From the NCBI GenBank assembly GCA_003135135.1, contig PLDK01000017.1, positions 13,715 to 77,714 of the forward strand: a stretch of 64,000 nt of DNA, in the 5' to 3' direction. Below the pieces are notes generated by a model. That model worked only from the letters and a program-made list of their open reading frames with translations, was not told where the DNA came from and did not search any database. Source of the stretch: Deltaproteobacteria bacterium. GTDB taxonomy: Bacteria > Desulfobacterota > Binatia > Binatales > Binataceae. Of this stretch, positions 18,749 to 29,879 are shown piece after piece. Numbering within the stretch: the first letter of the stretch is position 1; every line of letters starts with the position of its first letter. The translations under genes and the position numbers were made by a program.

Positions 18749-19357
18749 ATGGCGCGCAATGATCGACTTCGACTTCTGATGATCGACAACTACGACTCGT
18801 TTACCTACAACCTCGTGCAGTACCTCGGCGAACTTGGCGCCGGCGTCACGGTCAAGCGCAACGACGCCATCGACGTCGCCGGCATTCGCGCGCTTCATCC
18901 CGCCGCAGTCGTCATCTCGCCCGGACCGTGCACTCCATCCCAGGCCGGAATCTCGCTGAAGCTGCTGCGCGAGATGGCGGGTGAAGTTCCGATTCTCGGC
19001 GTGTGCCTCGGCCTGCAATGCATCGGCGAGGCGTTCGGCGGAAAGGTCGTGCGCGCGGGTCGCCTGATGCACGGCAAGACCTCGCCGGTGATTCACGACG
19101 GCAAAACGATTTTCGCGGGAATCCCCAGCCCGTTCGACGCGATGCGCTATCATTCGCTGGTAGTCGATGCGGCGTCGATTCCGCCGGCGCTGGAAGTCAG
19201 CGCCCGCACTGCGGAAAACGAAATCATGGGGCTTCGCCACAAACAGCACGCTATCGAAGGCGTGCAATTTCATCCTGAATCGATTCTGACCTTCGAGGGC
19301 AAGCATCTGCTGAAAAACTTTCTCGACCGGCTCGATCAGGACGGGAACGCGCGATGA
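18749..19357 (+). CDS. trpG: Anthranilate synthase component II (glutamine amidotransferase)
   Basis: 202 aa class-I GATase; catalytic GVCLGLQ Cys motif and HPES His. Confidence 0.9.
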   Translation: MARNDRLRLLMIDNYDSFTYNLVQYLGELGAGVTVKRNDAIDVAGIRALHPAAVVISPGPCTPSQAGISLKLLREMAGEVPILGVCLGLQCIGEAFGGKVVRAGRLMHGKTSPVIHDGKTIFAGIPSPFDAMRYHSLVVDAASIPPALEVSARTAENEIMGLRHKQHAIEGVQFHPESILTFEGKHLLKNFLDRLDQDGNAR

Positions 19358-20403
19358 GCGGACTCCATGGCGCGCTGCTGGCGCTCATCGACGGGCGCTC
19401 GCTCACCGGCGCGGAGGCCGAACTCGCGATCGGCGAGGTCATGGACGGTGGCGCGCATGACGCCGTCGTCGGCGCGTTCCTGGTGGCGCTGAAAATCAAG
19501 GGCGCCGAGGCCGATGAGCTGGCGGGCGCGGTGCGTGCGATGCGCGAGCGCGCGCGTCCGCTCAATCTTCGCGCGGGCGAGGTGCTCGACACCTGCGGCA
19601 CCGGCGGCGACGGCGCCAGTACCTTCAACATCTCGACCGGCGCCGCGTTGATCGCCGCGGCGGCGGGCGTGCCGGTCGCCAAGCATGGCAATCGAGCGAT
19701 CAGCGGCACGGTAGGCACGGCCGACGTGCTCGAAGCGATGGGCGTGAAGATCGATTGCGATCCGGATGGGCTGAAACGATGCCTGGAGGTGGCGGGATGC
19801 TGCCACATTTTCGCGCCTGCCTATCATCCCGCGTTCAAGCAGCTTGCGCCGCTCAGACGCGAGCTGCGAATTCGCACCATCTTCAATCTGATGGGATCGA
19901 TCGGCAACCCTACGCGTCCGCACTTCCATCTGTTGGGCGTCGCCGAGGACAGTCTGATCAGACCGATGGCGCACGCGCTCAAGGCACTCGGAACCCGGCG
20001 CGCGATGGTCGTGCATGGCGACAACGGGGTCGACGAAATCGCGCTCGACGGTCCGACCCATGTTACGGAACTCCGAAATGGCGAGTTGACGGAATATGAA
20101 ATCACGCCGGAGAGCCTCGGCGTGTCTCGCGGCGACCATCGCGCGCTGGTGATCAGGAATCTCGACGACGCCGTGCGAGTTTTGCGCAGCGCGCTTGATG
20201 GTGGCGCGGGCCCGGCGCAAGATGTGCTCGCGCTGAACGGGGGCGCCGCAATTTACGTCGGCGGGATGGCCGCGTCGCTGAAAGAAGGAGTGGATGCGGC
20301 GCACGAAATTATCGCCTCGAGCCGCGCCCTGGAAGTCCTCGACAAGCTGCGGCGCGCCAGCAACGGAGAAATCCCGAAACAAGCCGCGAAAGAAATCCAA
20401 TGA
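19354..20403 (+). CDS. trpD: Anthranilate phosphoribosyltransferase
   Basis: 349 aa; [39 protein letters not shown] signature. Overlaps the trpG stop by 4 nt. Confidence 0.92.
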   Translation: MSGLHGALLALIDGRSLTGAEAELAIGEVMDGGAHDAVVGAFLVALKIKGAEADELAGAVRAMRERARPLNLRAGEVLDTCGTGGDGASTFNISTGAALIAAAAGVPVAKHGNRAISGTVGTADVLEAMGVKIDCDPDGLKRCLEVAGCCHIFAPAYHPAFKQLAPLRRELRIRTIFNLMGSIGNPTRPHFHLLGVAEDSLIRPMAHALKALGTRRAMVVHGDNGVDEIALDGPTHVTELRNGELTEYEITPESLGVSRGDHRALVIRNLDDAVRVLRSALDGGAGPAQDVLALNGGAAIYVGGMAASLKEGVDAAHEIIASSRALEVLDKLRRASNGEIPKQAAKEIQ

Positions 20404-21200
20404 CCTCGATCCTCGACAATATTTACGCCGCCAAACGCGTCGAAGTGCGCGCCCGACGCGCAATCGTGTCGCCGATGGCGATCGTCGCTGAAGCGGGGCG
20501 AGCGCCCAAGCCGCGCGATTTCATCGCAGCGCTGCGCGCCCGGCGTCCCGCGATAATCGCCGAGATCAAACGCGCGTCGCCCAGCAAGGGCGACATCATG
20601 CCCGGACTCGATCCAGCCAATGTCGCCCGCGAGTATGTCGCCAGCGGAGCGGCTGCCATCTCCGTTCTGACCGACGTCCATTTCAAGGGCTCGCTCGACG
20701 ATCTGCGCGCCGTCCGCGCCGCCGTGGATGTCCCGCTGTTGCGCAAAGACTTCATCTTCGAGCCGTACCAGGTTTACGAAGCGCGCGCGGCCGGCGCCGA
20801 TTGCATTCTGCTGATCGCGGCGATGCTGAAGGACGGGGAACTGCGATCGCTGGCGGCGCTTGCGCGTGAGCTTGGGATGGCGACGCTGGTCGAGTCGCAC
20901 GATCCAGGCGAGTTCGCGCTCGCCGGGAAAATCGGCTCGGGGCTGGTTGGTGTCAACAACCGCAACTTGCATACTTTCGTGACGGATATCGCGGTAACCG
21001 AGCGCCTGCTCGCGGACTACAGGGGAGACGCGGTGATAGTGACCGAAAGTGGAATCGATTCGCCCGACGATATTCGGCGCCTCGACGCGGCCGGCGCGCG
21101 CGCGTTTCTGATCGGCGAGAGTCTGCTGAGGGGTACTACGCCGGGTGCGAAGCTTGTCGAGCTGATGAACGCGTTCGGGGGCGCGCCGCCGCGGAAGTAA
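20400..21200 (+). CDS. trpC: Indole-3-glycerol phosphate synthase
   Basis: 266 aa; IIAEIKRASPSKGDI and the TIM-barrel motifs. ATGA overlap with trpD. Confidence 0.92.
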   Translation: MTSILDNIYAAKRVEVRARRAIVSPMAIVAEAGRAPKPRDFIAALRARRPAIIAEIKRASPSKGDIMPGLDPANVAREYVASGAAAISVLTDVHFKGSLDDLRAVRAAVDVPLLRKDFIFEPYQVYEARAAGADCILLIAAMLKDGELRSLAALARELGMATLVESHDPGEFALAGKIGSGLVGVNNRNLHTFVTDIAVTERLLADYRGDAVIVTESGIDSPDDIRRLDAAGARAFLIGESLLRGTTPGAKLVELMNAFGGAPPRK

Positions 21201-21201
21201 G

Positions 21202-21810
21202 ATGGCAGTTCGCGTCAAAATCTGTGGTGTAACGCGCGTCGAAGACGCGCACGCGGCGATTGCCGCCGGGGCCGATATGATCGGTCTCAATTTCTACGCG
21301 AAAAGTCCGCGTTACGTCGAGATCGATCGCGCCCGAGAGATTCGTGCGGCGATTGGCTCCCGCGCCGCTGTGATTGGAGTGTTCGTTAACGCCGAGCGCG
21401 CCTACATAGATGACCGATTGCGCGCCGCGTCGCTCGACATGATCCAGTTCTCCGGCGATGAGGATGACGCGGCGCTCGCGGGTTGGCCGGTTCCATCGAT
21501 CGTCACCTGCCTGCTGAAGCCGGGCGAAGTGTCGAGCGTGACGCCGCGCCGCGCGGACTACGTGCTCTTCGACGCCTTCGATGCGAAACTCCACGGAGGC
21601 ACTGGAAACCGTATCCCGCTGGATCAGCTTCGCCGGCTCGACTTGAGCCGGGCGTTTGTCGCCGGCGGATTGAATCCCGACAACGTTGCCGAGGTGGCCG
21701 CACTCGGCCCTTACGCGGTCGATTGCGCAAGCGGCGTCGAATCGTCACCGGGCGTAAAAGACCACGATAAACTGAGGAGCTTCGTAAAAAATGCAAAACG
21801 TTCCCAATAG
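21202..21810 (+). CDS. trpF: N-(5'-phosphoribosyl)anthranilate isomerase
   Basis: 202 aa; [13 protein letters not shown]-terminus typical of TrpF. Confidence 0.9.
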   Translation: MAVRVKICGVTRVEDAHAAIAAGADMIGLNFYAKSPRYVEIDRAREIRAAIGSRAAVIGVFVNAERAYIDDRLRAASLDMIQFSGDEDDAALAGWPVPSIVTCLLKPGEVSSVTPRRADYVLFDAFDAKLHGGTGNRIPLDQLRRLDLSRAFVAGGLNPDNVAEVAALGPYAVDCASGVESSPGVKDHDKLRSFVKNAKRSQ

Positions 21811-22984
21811 CCGCGGCCATTTTGGCCAGTTCGGCGGAAAGTACGTTGCGGAAACCCTGATGCCGGCGCTGTTCGAGCTCGAGAGCGCCTACAAGCAGGC
21901 GCGTCGCGATCCAAAATTCCGTGACGAGCTCGAGCGGCGCTCGCGGGAGTTCGTGGGACGCCCGACGCCGCTCTACCTGTGCGAGAATCTCACCGCACGG
22001 CTGGGCGGCGCGAAGATTTATTTGAAGCGCGAGGACCTCTGCCACACCGGCGCGCACAAGGTGAACAATACTCTCGGACAGGCTCTGCTGGCGGTGCGGA
22101 TGAACAAGTCGCGCATCACGGCCGAGACCGGCGCGGGACAGCATGGCGTCGCCACGGCCACGATGGCGGCGCTGTTTCGCCGCGAGTGCGAAGTCTTCAT
22201 GGGTTCGATCGACGTCGAGCGTCAATCGCTGAACGTCTTTCGGATGAAGCTGCTCGGCGCGAAGGTCACTCCCGTCGAGGGCGGCAGCAAGAGCCTGAAG
22301 GACGCGATGAACGAGGCGCTGCGCGATTGGATCGCGACGGTGCGCAACACTTACTATCTGATTGGCACCACCGCGGGACCGCATCCGTACCCGATGATCG
22401 TGCGTGACTTCCAGTCGGTCATCGGGCGTGAGGCGCGCCGCCAGATTCTCAAACACGAAGGGCGTATCCCCGACGTGCTGGTCGCGTGCGTCAACGGCGG
22501 CTCGAACGCGATTGGACTTTTCTATCCGTTCATCAAAGACACGGGGGTGCGGATGATCGGCGTCGAGGCTGCCGGCCTCGGCATCAGCGGACCGCATCAT
22601 GCGGCCACGATCACGACGGGCAGCGTCGGCGTTCTGCACGGCAACAAGACTTATCTGCTGCAAGACGAGCTCGGACAGATTCGCGAGACGCATTCGATCG
22701 CCGCCGGGCTGGACTATCCGGGCGTCGGCCCCGAGCATTCGTGGCTGAAGGACGTGGGCCGCGCCGAATACACCTCGGTTACCGACGCCGAAGCGCTCGA
22801 CGCTCTGAAGACGCTGTCGGAGACCGAGGGAATCATTCCGGCGCTCGAGAGCGCTCATGCGGTGGCGCACGCAATCAAGCTGGCGCCGCAATTGCCAAAG
22901 GAGCAAATCATGATCGTGAATCTGTCCGGGCGCGGCGACAAGGACATGCAAACGGTCGCCAAAGCGTTCGGGGTGACGGTGTAG
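21791..22984 (+). CDS. trpB: Tryptophan synthase beta chain
   Basis: 397 aa; [16 protein letters not shown]..., the PLP lysine region HTGAHKVNN, and GGGSNAIG-like motifs. Overlaps the trpF end by 20 nt. Confidence 0.95.
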   Translation: MQNVPNSRGHFGQFGGKYVAETLMPALFELESAYKQARRDPKFRDELERRSREFVGRPTPLYLCENLTARLGGAKIYLKREDLCHTGAHKVNNTLGQALLAVRMNKSRITAETGAGQHGVATATMAALFRRECEVFMGSIDVERQSLNVFRMKLLGAKVTPVEGGSKSLKDAMNEALRDWIATVRNTYYLIGTTAGPHPYPMIVRDFQSVIGREARRQILKHEGRIPDVLVACVNGGSNAIGLFYPFIKDTGVRMIGVEAAGLGISGPHHAATITTGSVGVLHGNKTYLLQDELGQIRETHSIAAGLDYPGVGPEHSWLKDVGRAEYTSVTDAEALDALKTLSETEGIIPALESAHAVAHAIKLAPQLPKEQIMIVNLSGRGDKDMQTVAKAFGVTV

Positions 22985-22988
22985 GGTT

Positions 22989-23840
22989 ATGGCAGCGACG
23001 GGGCGAATCAAACGTAAATTTAGCGAGTTGCGCGCGCGCGGCGAGGCGGCATTAATCCCGTTCATCGTTGCCGGCGATCCCGATATGGATACCACGCGCA
23101 GGCTGGTGCTCGAACTCGAGGCTCGCGGCGCCGACTTGATCGAGCTGGGCGTGCCGTTTTCCGATCCGATGGCCGACGGACCTGCCAACCAGCGCGCGCT
23201 GGCGCGCGGACTCGGCGCGGGCGCGTCGTTGGCGGCGATTCTTTCGATGGTGAGCGAGCTTCGCGCCCAGACTCAGATTCCGATCATCCTGTTCGGGTAC
23301 TTCAATCCGATCTTTCACTACGGATGCGAGCGGTTATGCGCGGATGCCGCGCGGGCGGGTATCGACGGGATACTGACGGTCGATCTGCCGCCCGAGGAAG
23401 CCGGCGAACTCAAGCGGCCGGCGCGCGCCAACGGTCTCGACATCATCTACCTGCTCGCGCCGACGACGCCGCTGGACAGAAGCCGCGCGATCGCGCGCTC
23501 GGCCAGTGGCTTTCTCTATTATGTATCGGTGACGGGAGTGACCGGCGCCCGCGCGCATCTCGATGCCGGCATTGCGGAGCATATGCGCGAGCTGCGCAGC
23601 GTCACCGATCTGCCAATCGGGGTCGGCTTCGGCATATCGACGCCCGCGCAGGCCGCCGAGGTCGCGACGATGGCGGATGCGGTAGTAGTCGGCAGTGCGA
23701 TTTCCCTGCTGATCGAAGCGCACATCAAGTCCGGCGACGTGCCCGAGGCGGTGGGCGGACTGGTCGGCGCAATGAAAGATGCGATGAAGGCGGCGCGCGG
23801 AGGCGAGCGCGCGCCCGGATTGGGGGACTCAGATGGCTGA
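22989..23840 (+). CDS. trpA: Tryptophan synthase alpha chain
   Basis: 283 aa; LIPFIVAGDPD...ELGVPFSDPMADGP signature. Confidence 0.92.
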   Translation: MAATGRIKRKFSELRARGEAALIPFIVAGDPDMDTTRRLVLELEARGADLIELGVPFSDPMADGPANQRALARGLGAGASLAAILSMVSELRAQTQIPIILFGYFNPIFHYGCERLCADAARAGIDGILTVDLPPEEAGELKRPARANGLDIIYLLAPTTPLDRSRAIARSASGFLYYVSVTGVTGARAHLDAGIAEHMRELRSVTDLPIGVGFGISTPAQAAEVATMADAVVVGSAISLLIEAHIKSGDVPEAVGGLVGAMKDAMKAARGGERAPGLGDSDG

Positions 23841-24732
23841 ACGCGAACCGACGATCGCCGCGGCGCCGGCGCCCTCCGACGACATCTGGTCGAAGTGCCC
23901 GTCGTGCAAGGAGATGGCGTTCCGCAAAGAAGTGGAACGCAATCTGAACGTGTGCCCCAAGTGCGGATATCATTTCCGCGTCACCGTCGCGCAGCGGCTT
24001 TCGCTCGGCGTCGATCGCGGGACGTGGCGCGAGCTGATGGCCGATATGACGATTGGTGATCCGCTCGGCTTCGTCGATTCCAAGCCGTACCCGGCGCGGA
24101 TGGAACAAGCGCGGGCGCGCAGCGGCCGCAACGACGCGGTGGTGGTTGGAATCGGCAAGATCGAGAATCGGCCGGTGGCGATCGGCGTGATGGATTTTGA
24201 ATTCATGGGCGGCAGCATGGGCGTGGTGGTAGGCGAGAAGCTGGCGCGCCTGTTCGACATCGCGCGCGAGCGCAAGCTGCCGGTGATCGTATTCGTTGCG
24301 TCGGGGGGCGCGCGAATGCAGGAAGGTGCGCTGTCACTGATGCAGATGGCGAAGGTTTCCTCCGCGATCGCGCGATTTCGCGACGCGCGGCTGCCCTATA
24401 TTTCCGTGCTGTGCGATCCAAGCACGGGCGGCGTCGCCGCATCGTTTGCGATGCTCGGCGATTTGAATATCTCGGAGCCCGGAGCGCTGATCGGTTTTGC
24501 GGGCCGGCGGGTGACCGAACAGACCAGCAATCAACAGCTTCCCGACGACTTTCAGCGCGCGGAGTTCCTGCTGGCGCACGGGATGCTGGACGCGATTGTC
24601 CCGCGTCATCAGATGCGCTTCACGCTGTCGCGAATTCTGGCGATGCTGACAAAGCCGCGCGGCAACCGCGGCGCAGGGCAGGGTGCATCGAAGGGCAAAG
24701 CTAAGGGGAGGCGCGCTGGGGAAGGGTCCTGA
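23833..24732 (+). CDS. accD: Acetyl-CoA carboxylase carboxyltransferase subunit beta
   Basis: 299 aa; N-terminal Zn ribbon CPSCKEMAFRKEVERNLNVCPKCGYH and a carboxyltransferase domain. Overlaps the trpA end by 8 nt. Confidence 0.9.
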   Translation: MAEREPTIAAAPAPSDDIWSKCPSCKEMAFRKEVERNLNVCPKCGYHFRVTVAQRLSLGVDRGTWRELMADMTIGDPLGFVDSKPYPARMEQARARSGRNDAVVVGIGKIENRPVAIGVMDFEFMGGSMGVVVGEKLARLFDIARERKLPVIVFVASGGARMQEGALSLMQMAKVSSAIARFRDARLPYISVLCDPSTGGVAASFAMLGDLNISEPGALIGFAGRRVTEQTSNQQLPDDFQRAEFLLAHGMLDAIVPRHQMRFTLSRILAMLTKPRGNRGAGQGASKGKAKGRRAGEGS

Positions 24733-24921
24733 TGCCGGGAACTACAGCGAGCCTGCGCCGTCGCCTCAATTGTTGCTTTGGCTGCAGAACCCTCACCTGC
24801 CGACCGCCGAGCGATCGGCCTCCTCTCCCGTAAAAATAACGGGCGAGGGAAGAATCGGACACCATCGGCCCGGGCAGAATCTTCCGCCGTCGAGTGACAG
24901 GCGGTAAACTCCGGGCTGGAA

Positions 24922-26232
24922 ATGGACCAGCTCTCTAAAACTATCGACTGGCTGTATTCGCTGGAGTCGCGCGGCGAGATATACAAGCTCGAGCGCATGG
25001 ACGCCGCGCTCGCGCTGATCGGCAATCCGCATCGCAGGCTTCGCGCCGTGCATATCGCGGGCACCAAGGGCAAGGGTTCGGTGGCCGCGATGCTCGACAG
25101 TTGCCTCCGCGCAGCCGGCTACCGCACCGGACTCTACACCAAGCCGCACCTGGTAAACCTGGCGGAGCGGACGCGAGTCTCCGGCGCCGAAATTCCGGCG
25201 GAGCAAATGCTCGATTATATCGAGCGGCTGCGCGCGATTTACGACCGCGCGGGGCTGGCGCTCACGTTTTTCGAGTTCACGGTCGCGATGATGTTCCTGT
25301 ACTTCGCCGAGGCGGCCGTCGAGTGCGCGGTGGTCGAGACGGGGCTCGGCGGGCGGCTCGATTCGACCAATGTGGTAACGCCGATTTTGAGTGTAATTAC
25401 GCCGATCGGTTTCGATCACATGGAATATCTCGGCTACACGATCGCGGCGATCGCGGGTGAGAAGGGCGGGATAATCAAAAACGATGTCCCGGTCGTGATT
25501 GGCGCGCGCGACCCCGATGCGCGCCTGGTGCTGACGTCGCTAGCCGCGCAGCGCCGAAGCGCCGTGCGCTTGATCGATCGCGACTTCTCGTACCGATCGC
25601 ACGCCCCGGCGCATCGATTGGACTACCACGGCCTGGGGCTGGAAATCCGCGATCTCGAGATTGGGCTCGCGGGTCCATTTCAGCACGAGAACGCCGCGAT
25701 TGCGGTGGCGTCGCTTGAGGCGCTGCGCGCCCAGGGCTGGCGAATCGACGAGGACGCCATCCGGCGCGGCATCCGGGAGATATGCTGGCCGGGGCGCTTC
25801 GACGTCGTATCGAAGCGGCCGCTGGTTATCCTTGATTGCGCGCACAACGAGATGAGTATTGCGGCATTGCTCGAGACGATGAGCGTCGAGCTCGGTCCGG
25901 GCGTGAAGCCGCGCCTGATATTCGGCTGCCAGTCCGCCAAGGAATGGCGACCCATGGCCGCCATGCTGGGTCCGCGTGTGCGCGACGTTACCTTGACGCG
26001 GGCCAAGCCCAAAAGCCCGCTCGAACCGGAGCAGCTGGTGGCGCATTTCGCGGCACACTGTCCCGCCCGCGTCGAGCGCGATCCGCTCCGCGCGATCGAG
26101 CGAGTAATTTCTGAATTGGCGCCCGATGACGTGGCGCTGATCACGGGTTCGGTGTATCTTATCGGCGAAGTTTACCCGTATTTTCTCACCCGCGAGGGGC
26201 GAATTGGGTTGTTTCCTGAAGCCGGCGCTTAG
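24922..26232 (+). CDS. folC: Dihydrofolate synthase / folylpolyglutamate synthase
   Basis: 436 aa; Mur-ligase P-loop IAGTKGKGS and FolC-type C-terminal domain. The accD-folC linkage is classical. Confidence 0.9.
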   Translation: MDQLSKTIDWLYSLESRGEIYKLERMDAALALIGNPHRRLRAVHIAGTKGKGSVAAMLDSCLRAAGYRTGLYTKPHLVNLAERTRVSGAEIPAEQMLDYIERLRAIYDRAGLALTFFEFTVAMMFLYFAEAAVECAVVETGLGGRLDSTNVVTPILSVITPIGFDHMEYLGYTIAAIAGEKGGIIKNDVPVVIGARDPDARLVLTSLAAQRRSAVRLIDRDFSYRSHAPAHRLDYHGLGLEIRDLEIGLAGPFQHENAAIAVASLEALRAQGWRIDEDAIRRGIREICWPGRFDVVSKRPLVILDCAHNEMSIAALLETMSVELGPGVKPRLIFGCQSAKEWRPMAAMLGPRVRDVTLTRAKPKSPLEPEQLVAHFAAHCPARVERDPLRAIERVISELAPDDVALITGSVYLIGEVYPYFLTREGRIGLFPEAGA

Positions 26233-28810
26233 ACGAATTGGGATCACGGTTTTGTTGGCGTGGGCAGCGATGCTCTCGCCGGCTATCGTCAACGCAGACG
26301 CGCCGGCCGGTTCCCAACCAGCCCCGCCCGCCAGGCGCGCGAAGGGGTTTGCAGTTCCTGCCCCGGTCCGCAGCGAGCATGGAGCAGAACCGGTCACCGT
26401 CACCGGCCAGGAAACGATCTACGACTCCAAGACCGACACCTTCGTGGTAAAGGGCGATGCCGTGATGAGCCAGGGCGGCAGCGTGCTGAAGGCCGACGAG
26501 ATCGACATAAACCGCCGCCAGCGCCAGGCCCGCGCGATCGGCCATGTCCATTTGATCGATCCGGAAATCGAAATGTGGGCGAGCGACGGGACGATCGACA
26601 TTACCAATGAGACGATGGTGCTTAACAACGCCAAGATTTTGGCGAAAAAAGATATTTACCATCTTGAAGGCAAGCAGATCGTAAAGCTCGAGGGGCAGAG
26701 CTACGAGGTGAAGGATGGATTCTTTACGACCTGCGGATGCGAGAAGGGCACGCCCGACTGGTCGATAAACGCCGATCAGATGGTAGTGAACATGGGGCAC
26801 ACCGGCACCGCCCACAACGCCACCTTCAACGTGGCCGGCTACCCGATAATCAAGACGCCGTACTTTGTCTTTCCGGCTGATACTTCGCGGCAAAGCGGCC
26901 TTCTGATGGGGCGAGAGGGTGAATCGGGAATGCGCGGCTTTCAGTGGCTGCAGCCGTACTATATCGCGATTGATAAAAGTTCCGACGCGACGGTCGCGCT
27001 CGACATCGAGACCTCGCAGCGAGTCGGAGGCCTGGGCGAGTATCGGTTGGTTAATGGGAAGGACGATTACTTCTGGGTGGACGGCGCGTTCTACAACGAG
27101 TCGCTCCGGTCGGAAGCGAATCGTGTGGGCGACATCACGGACACGCAGCTCGCCGATACGCACATCCCACTGGACCGCTACGGGATAATCGGAATGATGC
27201 GGGAGCATCTCACGGACAATCTGATCGCATACGGCGATGCAGTTTCCGTCAGCGACAGCCTGTACCTGCGCGAGATGGATGTGTGGACGTTGTCGCACGG
27301 CTTTCCGACCAGTAACTTCAGCTCGATGCGAGATGCGCCGTCGGATTTCGGGTTGCTCGATCAATTCGGAAACGCGTTCGTGCGGCTGGGGGGCATTTGG
27401 AATCAAGATCTGATTCAGCCGCAACAATTCGCGTTGCAGCGGCTTCCCGATCTGACGGTGACCGGACGCCAGGAACTCTTCGACAACCTTATGTTCGCGG
27501 ATTACGATGCGGAGGCAGTCAACTTCTACCGGTACAAAGGGATCGATGGCGCGCGCCTGGACGCCAATCCTCGCGTTACGCTGCCATGGCGGTGGGGCGA
27601 CTACGTCTATGGTTACGGGGAGATAGGTTCGCAAGCGGCGTTCTATGACACCGCCGGATACAACATCAATGTCATTCCGGTCGGAACCCAACCCGGTTAC
27701 CCGCACCCCACTTGCGCAGACAACGGCACTAAGGAGCAAATTTGGAATAATTGTCTTGCGCTGAGCTCTTTCACTTCGCAAGGAATAAGCGCACGAATCG
27801 TCCCATACGCAAAAGCCGGAATCTCAACGGACCTTGATCGCGTTTACGACGTCGGATGGAAGTCGATCAACAAGCTCAAAAATGTAATCGAACCGTTTGC
27901 CAATTATTACTATGTGCCGAACATCTACCAGGGCAACATGCCCTTGTTTGATTCGTTCGATCGTCTGAACTCGCGCAATCTGTTCAGTTATGGGTTCACC
28001 ACGCGCCTGTTTGCCAAGACCGCCGGATTGCCTCCGGAGGAGACCACAACCGACGACGGGACCGCGAACGAAGAATTATCCGATGCCGATTCGGCCGTTG
28101 GGCCGTTGCATGAAGAACCGCTGAGCCCGGATTCGATGCTGCCACACGCGGGTAATATCGTCCGGGACGGCGAGCATTCCTCGCAAATTGGTTCGTTGAC
28201 GATACAGCAGGCTTACGATGTTGGGCACCAAGTGGCCAATGGATCGGACATGTCGGACATCGAGGCGCTGTTGCACATCTTTGCGAGCCAGGTTGCGACA
28301 TTTACTTCGCAGGTTGACTACAGTCCGCGATCCCATGCCGGGGTCACGCTTGCCGACGCGGCGGTGGATTACCAGCCGCCGTGGTCGACCAAAGGGTCGA
28401 ATTTAGCTATGGGCAAGGCGTTGCAAGGCTCGTTCTTCCAATTGGCATTCAACTACGCCAATCGCAACGACACGGTCATTCCCGGGACGAACAGAAACGC
28501 TGCGGAGTTCATATCGGGAGCCGCGTACACCGAGATATTCGATTTCATGGGGGTGTACTTTGCGCCCAGCTACGATATCGCGTCGAGTCAAGCGCTGTAC
28601 ACCGAATATGGCCTGCGGCTGAAATCGCCGTGCGATTGTTGGGCGGCGGATTTCGGGGTCACCGATTCGTACAATCCCAATGACGTACAGTTCCAGTTCC
28701 AATTGACGCTTGGCGGTTTGGGCTCGTATGGGCAACGCCCATTTGGAACCAATCCGTTCCAGCAGTTGGGCCTGGTTGGCTCGCCGACCGGAGTTCTGCC
28801 GAATTATTGA
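26204..28810 (+). CDS. lptD: LPS-assembly outer membrane protein LptD (OstA family)
   Basis: 868 aa; signal peptide, N-terminal OstA beta-jellyroll (TFVVKGDAVMSQGGSVLKADEIDIN...), FTTCGCEKGTPDW Cys pair, and a large C-terminal beta-barrel ending in an aromatic residue. TTG start at 26204 overlaps the folC end by 29 nt; the start is uncertain. Confidence 0.85.
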   Translation: MGCFLKPALRRIGITVLLAWAAMLSPAIVNADAPAGSQPAPPARRAKGFAVPAPVRSEHGAEPVTVTGQETIYDSKTDTFVVKGDAVMSQGGSVLKADEIDINRRQRQARAIGHVHLIDPEIEMWASDGTIDITNETMVLNNAKILAKKDIYHLEGKQIVKLEGQSYEVKDGFFTTCGCEKGTPDWSINADQMVVNMGHTGTAHNATFNVAGYPIIKTPYFVFPADTSRQSGLLMGREGESGMRGFQWLQPYYIAIDKSSDATVALDIETSQRVGGLGEYRLVNGKDDYFWVDGAFYNESLRSEANRVGDITDTQLADTHIPLDRYGIIGMMREHLTDNLIAYGDAVSVSDSLYLREMDVWTLSHGFPTSNFSSMRDAPSDFGLLDQFGNAFVRLGGIWNQDLIQPQQFALQRLPDLTVTGRQELFDNLMFADYDAEAVNFYRYKGIDGARLDANPRVTLPWRWGDYVYGYGEIGSQAAFYDTAGYNINVIPVGTQPGYPHPTCADNGTKEQIWNNCLALSSFTSQGISARIVPYAKAGISTDLDRVYDVGWKSINKLKNVIEPFANYYYVPNIYQGNMPLFDSFDRLNSRNLFSYGFTTRLFAKTAGLPPEETTTDDGTANEELSDADSAVGPLHEEPLSPDSMLPHAGNIVRDGEHSSQIGSLTIQQAYDVGHQVANGSDMSDIEALLHIFASQVATFTSQVDYSPRSHAGVTLADAAVDYQPPWSTKGSNLAMGKALQGSFFQLAFNYANRNDTVIPGTNRNAAEFISGAAYTEIFDFMGVYFAPSYDIASSQALYTEYGLRLKSPCDCWAADFGVTDSYNPNDVQFQFQLTLGGLGSYGQRPFGTNPFQQLGLVGSPTGVLPNY

Positions 28811-28831
28811 GATCGCGCGCGAACCGCAGTC

Positions 28832-29689
28832 CTAGAAGTACAACAACGCGACATCGGCAAGGATCCACAGCGCGACCGCGAGCATCAGCGGCCGATCGTG
28901 GAACAGCACGCTGGCGGGGTCGCCGCCTTCGTCGCGCTCGTCGATAAGGTACAGATAGCGCAGGATTCCGAATGCGACGAACGGCGCCGTCAGATAGAGA
29001 TGCCGGGTCCCGAGCTTCGCTTCGACCTCGGCCGACGCAGTGTAAATCATGTAGCTGACGAGAGTCGCGCCGGCGACGATCGAGATCATCTGATCGACCA
29101 GCCGGACGCTGTACTGCGAGAGCGCGCTGCGATGGGCGACGGCGTCGTCGCCCAGCGCAATCAGTTCGTGGCGTCTGCGCGCCAGCACCAGGAACAGCGC
29201 CAACACGAACGTGATGAAGACCAGCCATGGCGATACCTCGACGTGAATTGCGACGCCGCCGGCGAATGCGCGAAGCACGAAACCAATCGCAACCGCGATC
29301 ACGTCGATGACCACCTGATGCTTGGCCCACAGCGAATACCCAAACTGAAGCGCGACGTACAGCAGTGCGATTCCCACGAATGCCGGGCCCAGTACGATGC
29401 TCAGCACGGCCGCAATCGCTGCCAGCGAGATGGCCGCCCTGCTTGCTGCGCCAACCGTGATATCGCCGCGCGCCAGCGGGCGGTCGCATTTTTCGGGATT
29501 CAGCCGATCCGCCTCGCGGTCGGCGATGTCATTGAGAACGTAACCGGCGCTCGAAAGCGCGCAGAACGCGACGACTGCGACGGCCGCAAGCACGACATCG
29601 TGAAAAACGAACAGACGCTGGCCGAATACCAACGCCGCCAATACCAGCGCGTTCTTGACCCATTGATGGGGCCGCGCCAGGCGGATCAT
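28832..29689 (-). CDS. UbiA-family prenyltransferase, decaprenyl-phosphate phosphoribosyltransferase (DPPR synthase)-like
   Basis: 285 aa after trimming to the ATG at 29689 (MIRLARPHQWVKNALV). It has about 8 TM helices. The NDIADREADRLNPEKCDRPLARG motif closely matches the Asp-rich motif of the DPPR-synthase subgroup of the UbiA superfamily. Confidence 0.7.
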   Translation of the reverse strand: MIRLARPHQWVKNALVLAALVFGQRLFVFHDVVLAAVAVVAFCALSSAGYVLNDIADREADRLNPEKCDRPLARGDITVGAASRAAISLAAIAAVLSIVLGPAFVGIALLYVALQFGYSLWAKHQVVIDVIAVAIGFVLRAFAGGVAIHVEVSPWLVFITFVLALFLVLARRRHELIALGDDAVAHRSALSQYSVRLVDQMISIVAGATLVSYMIYTASAEVEAKLGTRHLYLTAPFVAFGILRYLYLIDERDEGGDPASVLFHDRPLMLAVALWILADVALLYF

Positions 29690-29879
29690 CGCGGCCAACT
29701 GCCCGATGTTCTGGCTGTCGTTCAACTTCGGTGCTGCGTTCACTGCATTTCTTTGTATAGGTAGGCGCTTTGCCGTCGCAAGACGGCAAAGCGGAGAAGG
29801 AGAAGGCGGCAGCCCAGTCGGCACAGCCAGGTCAATTTCACTTGACCGCGAACTGCGTTTGCGAAAACAGTACGGCTCG

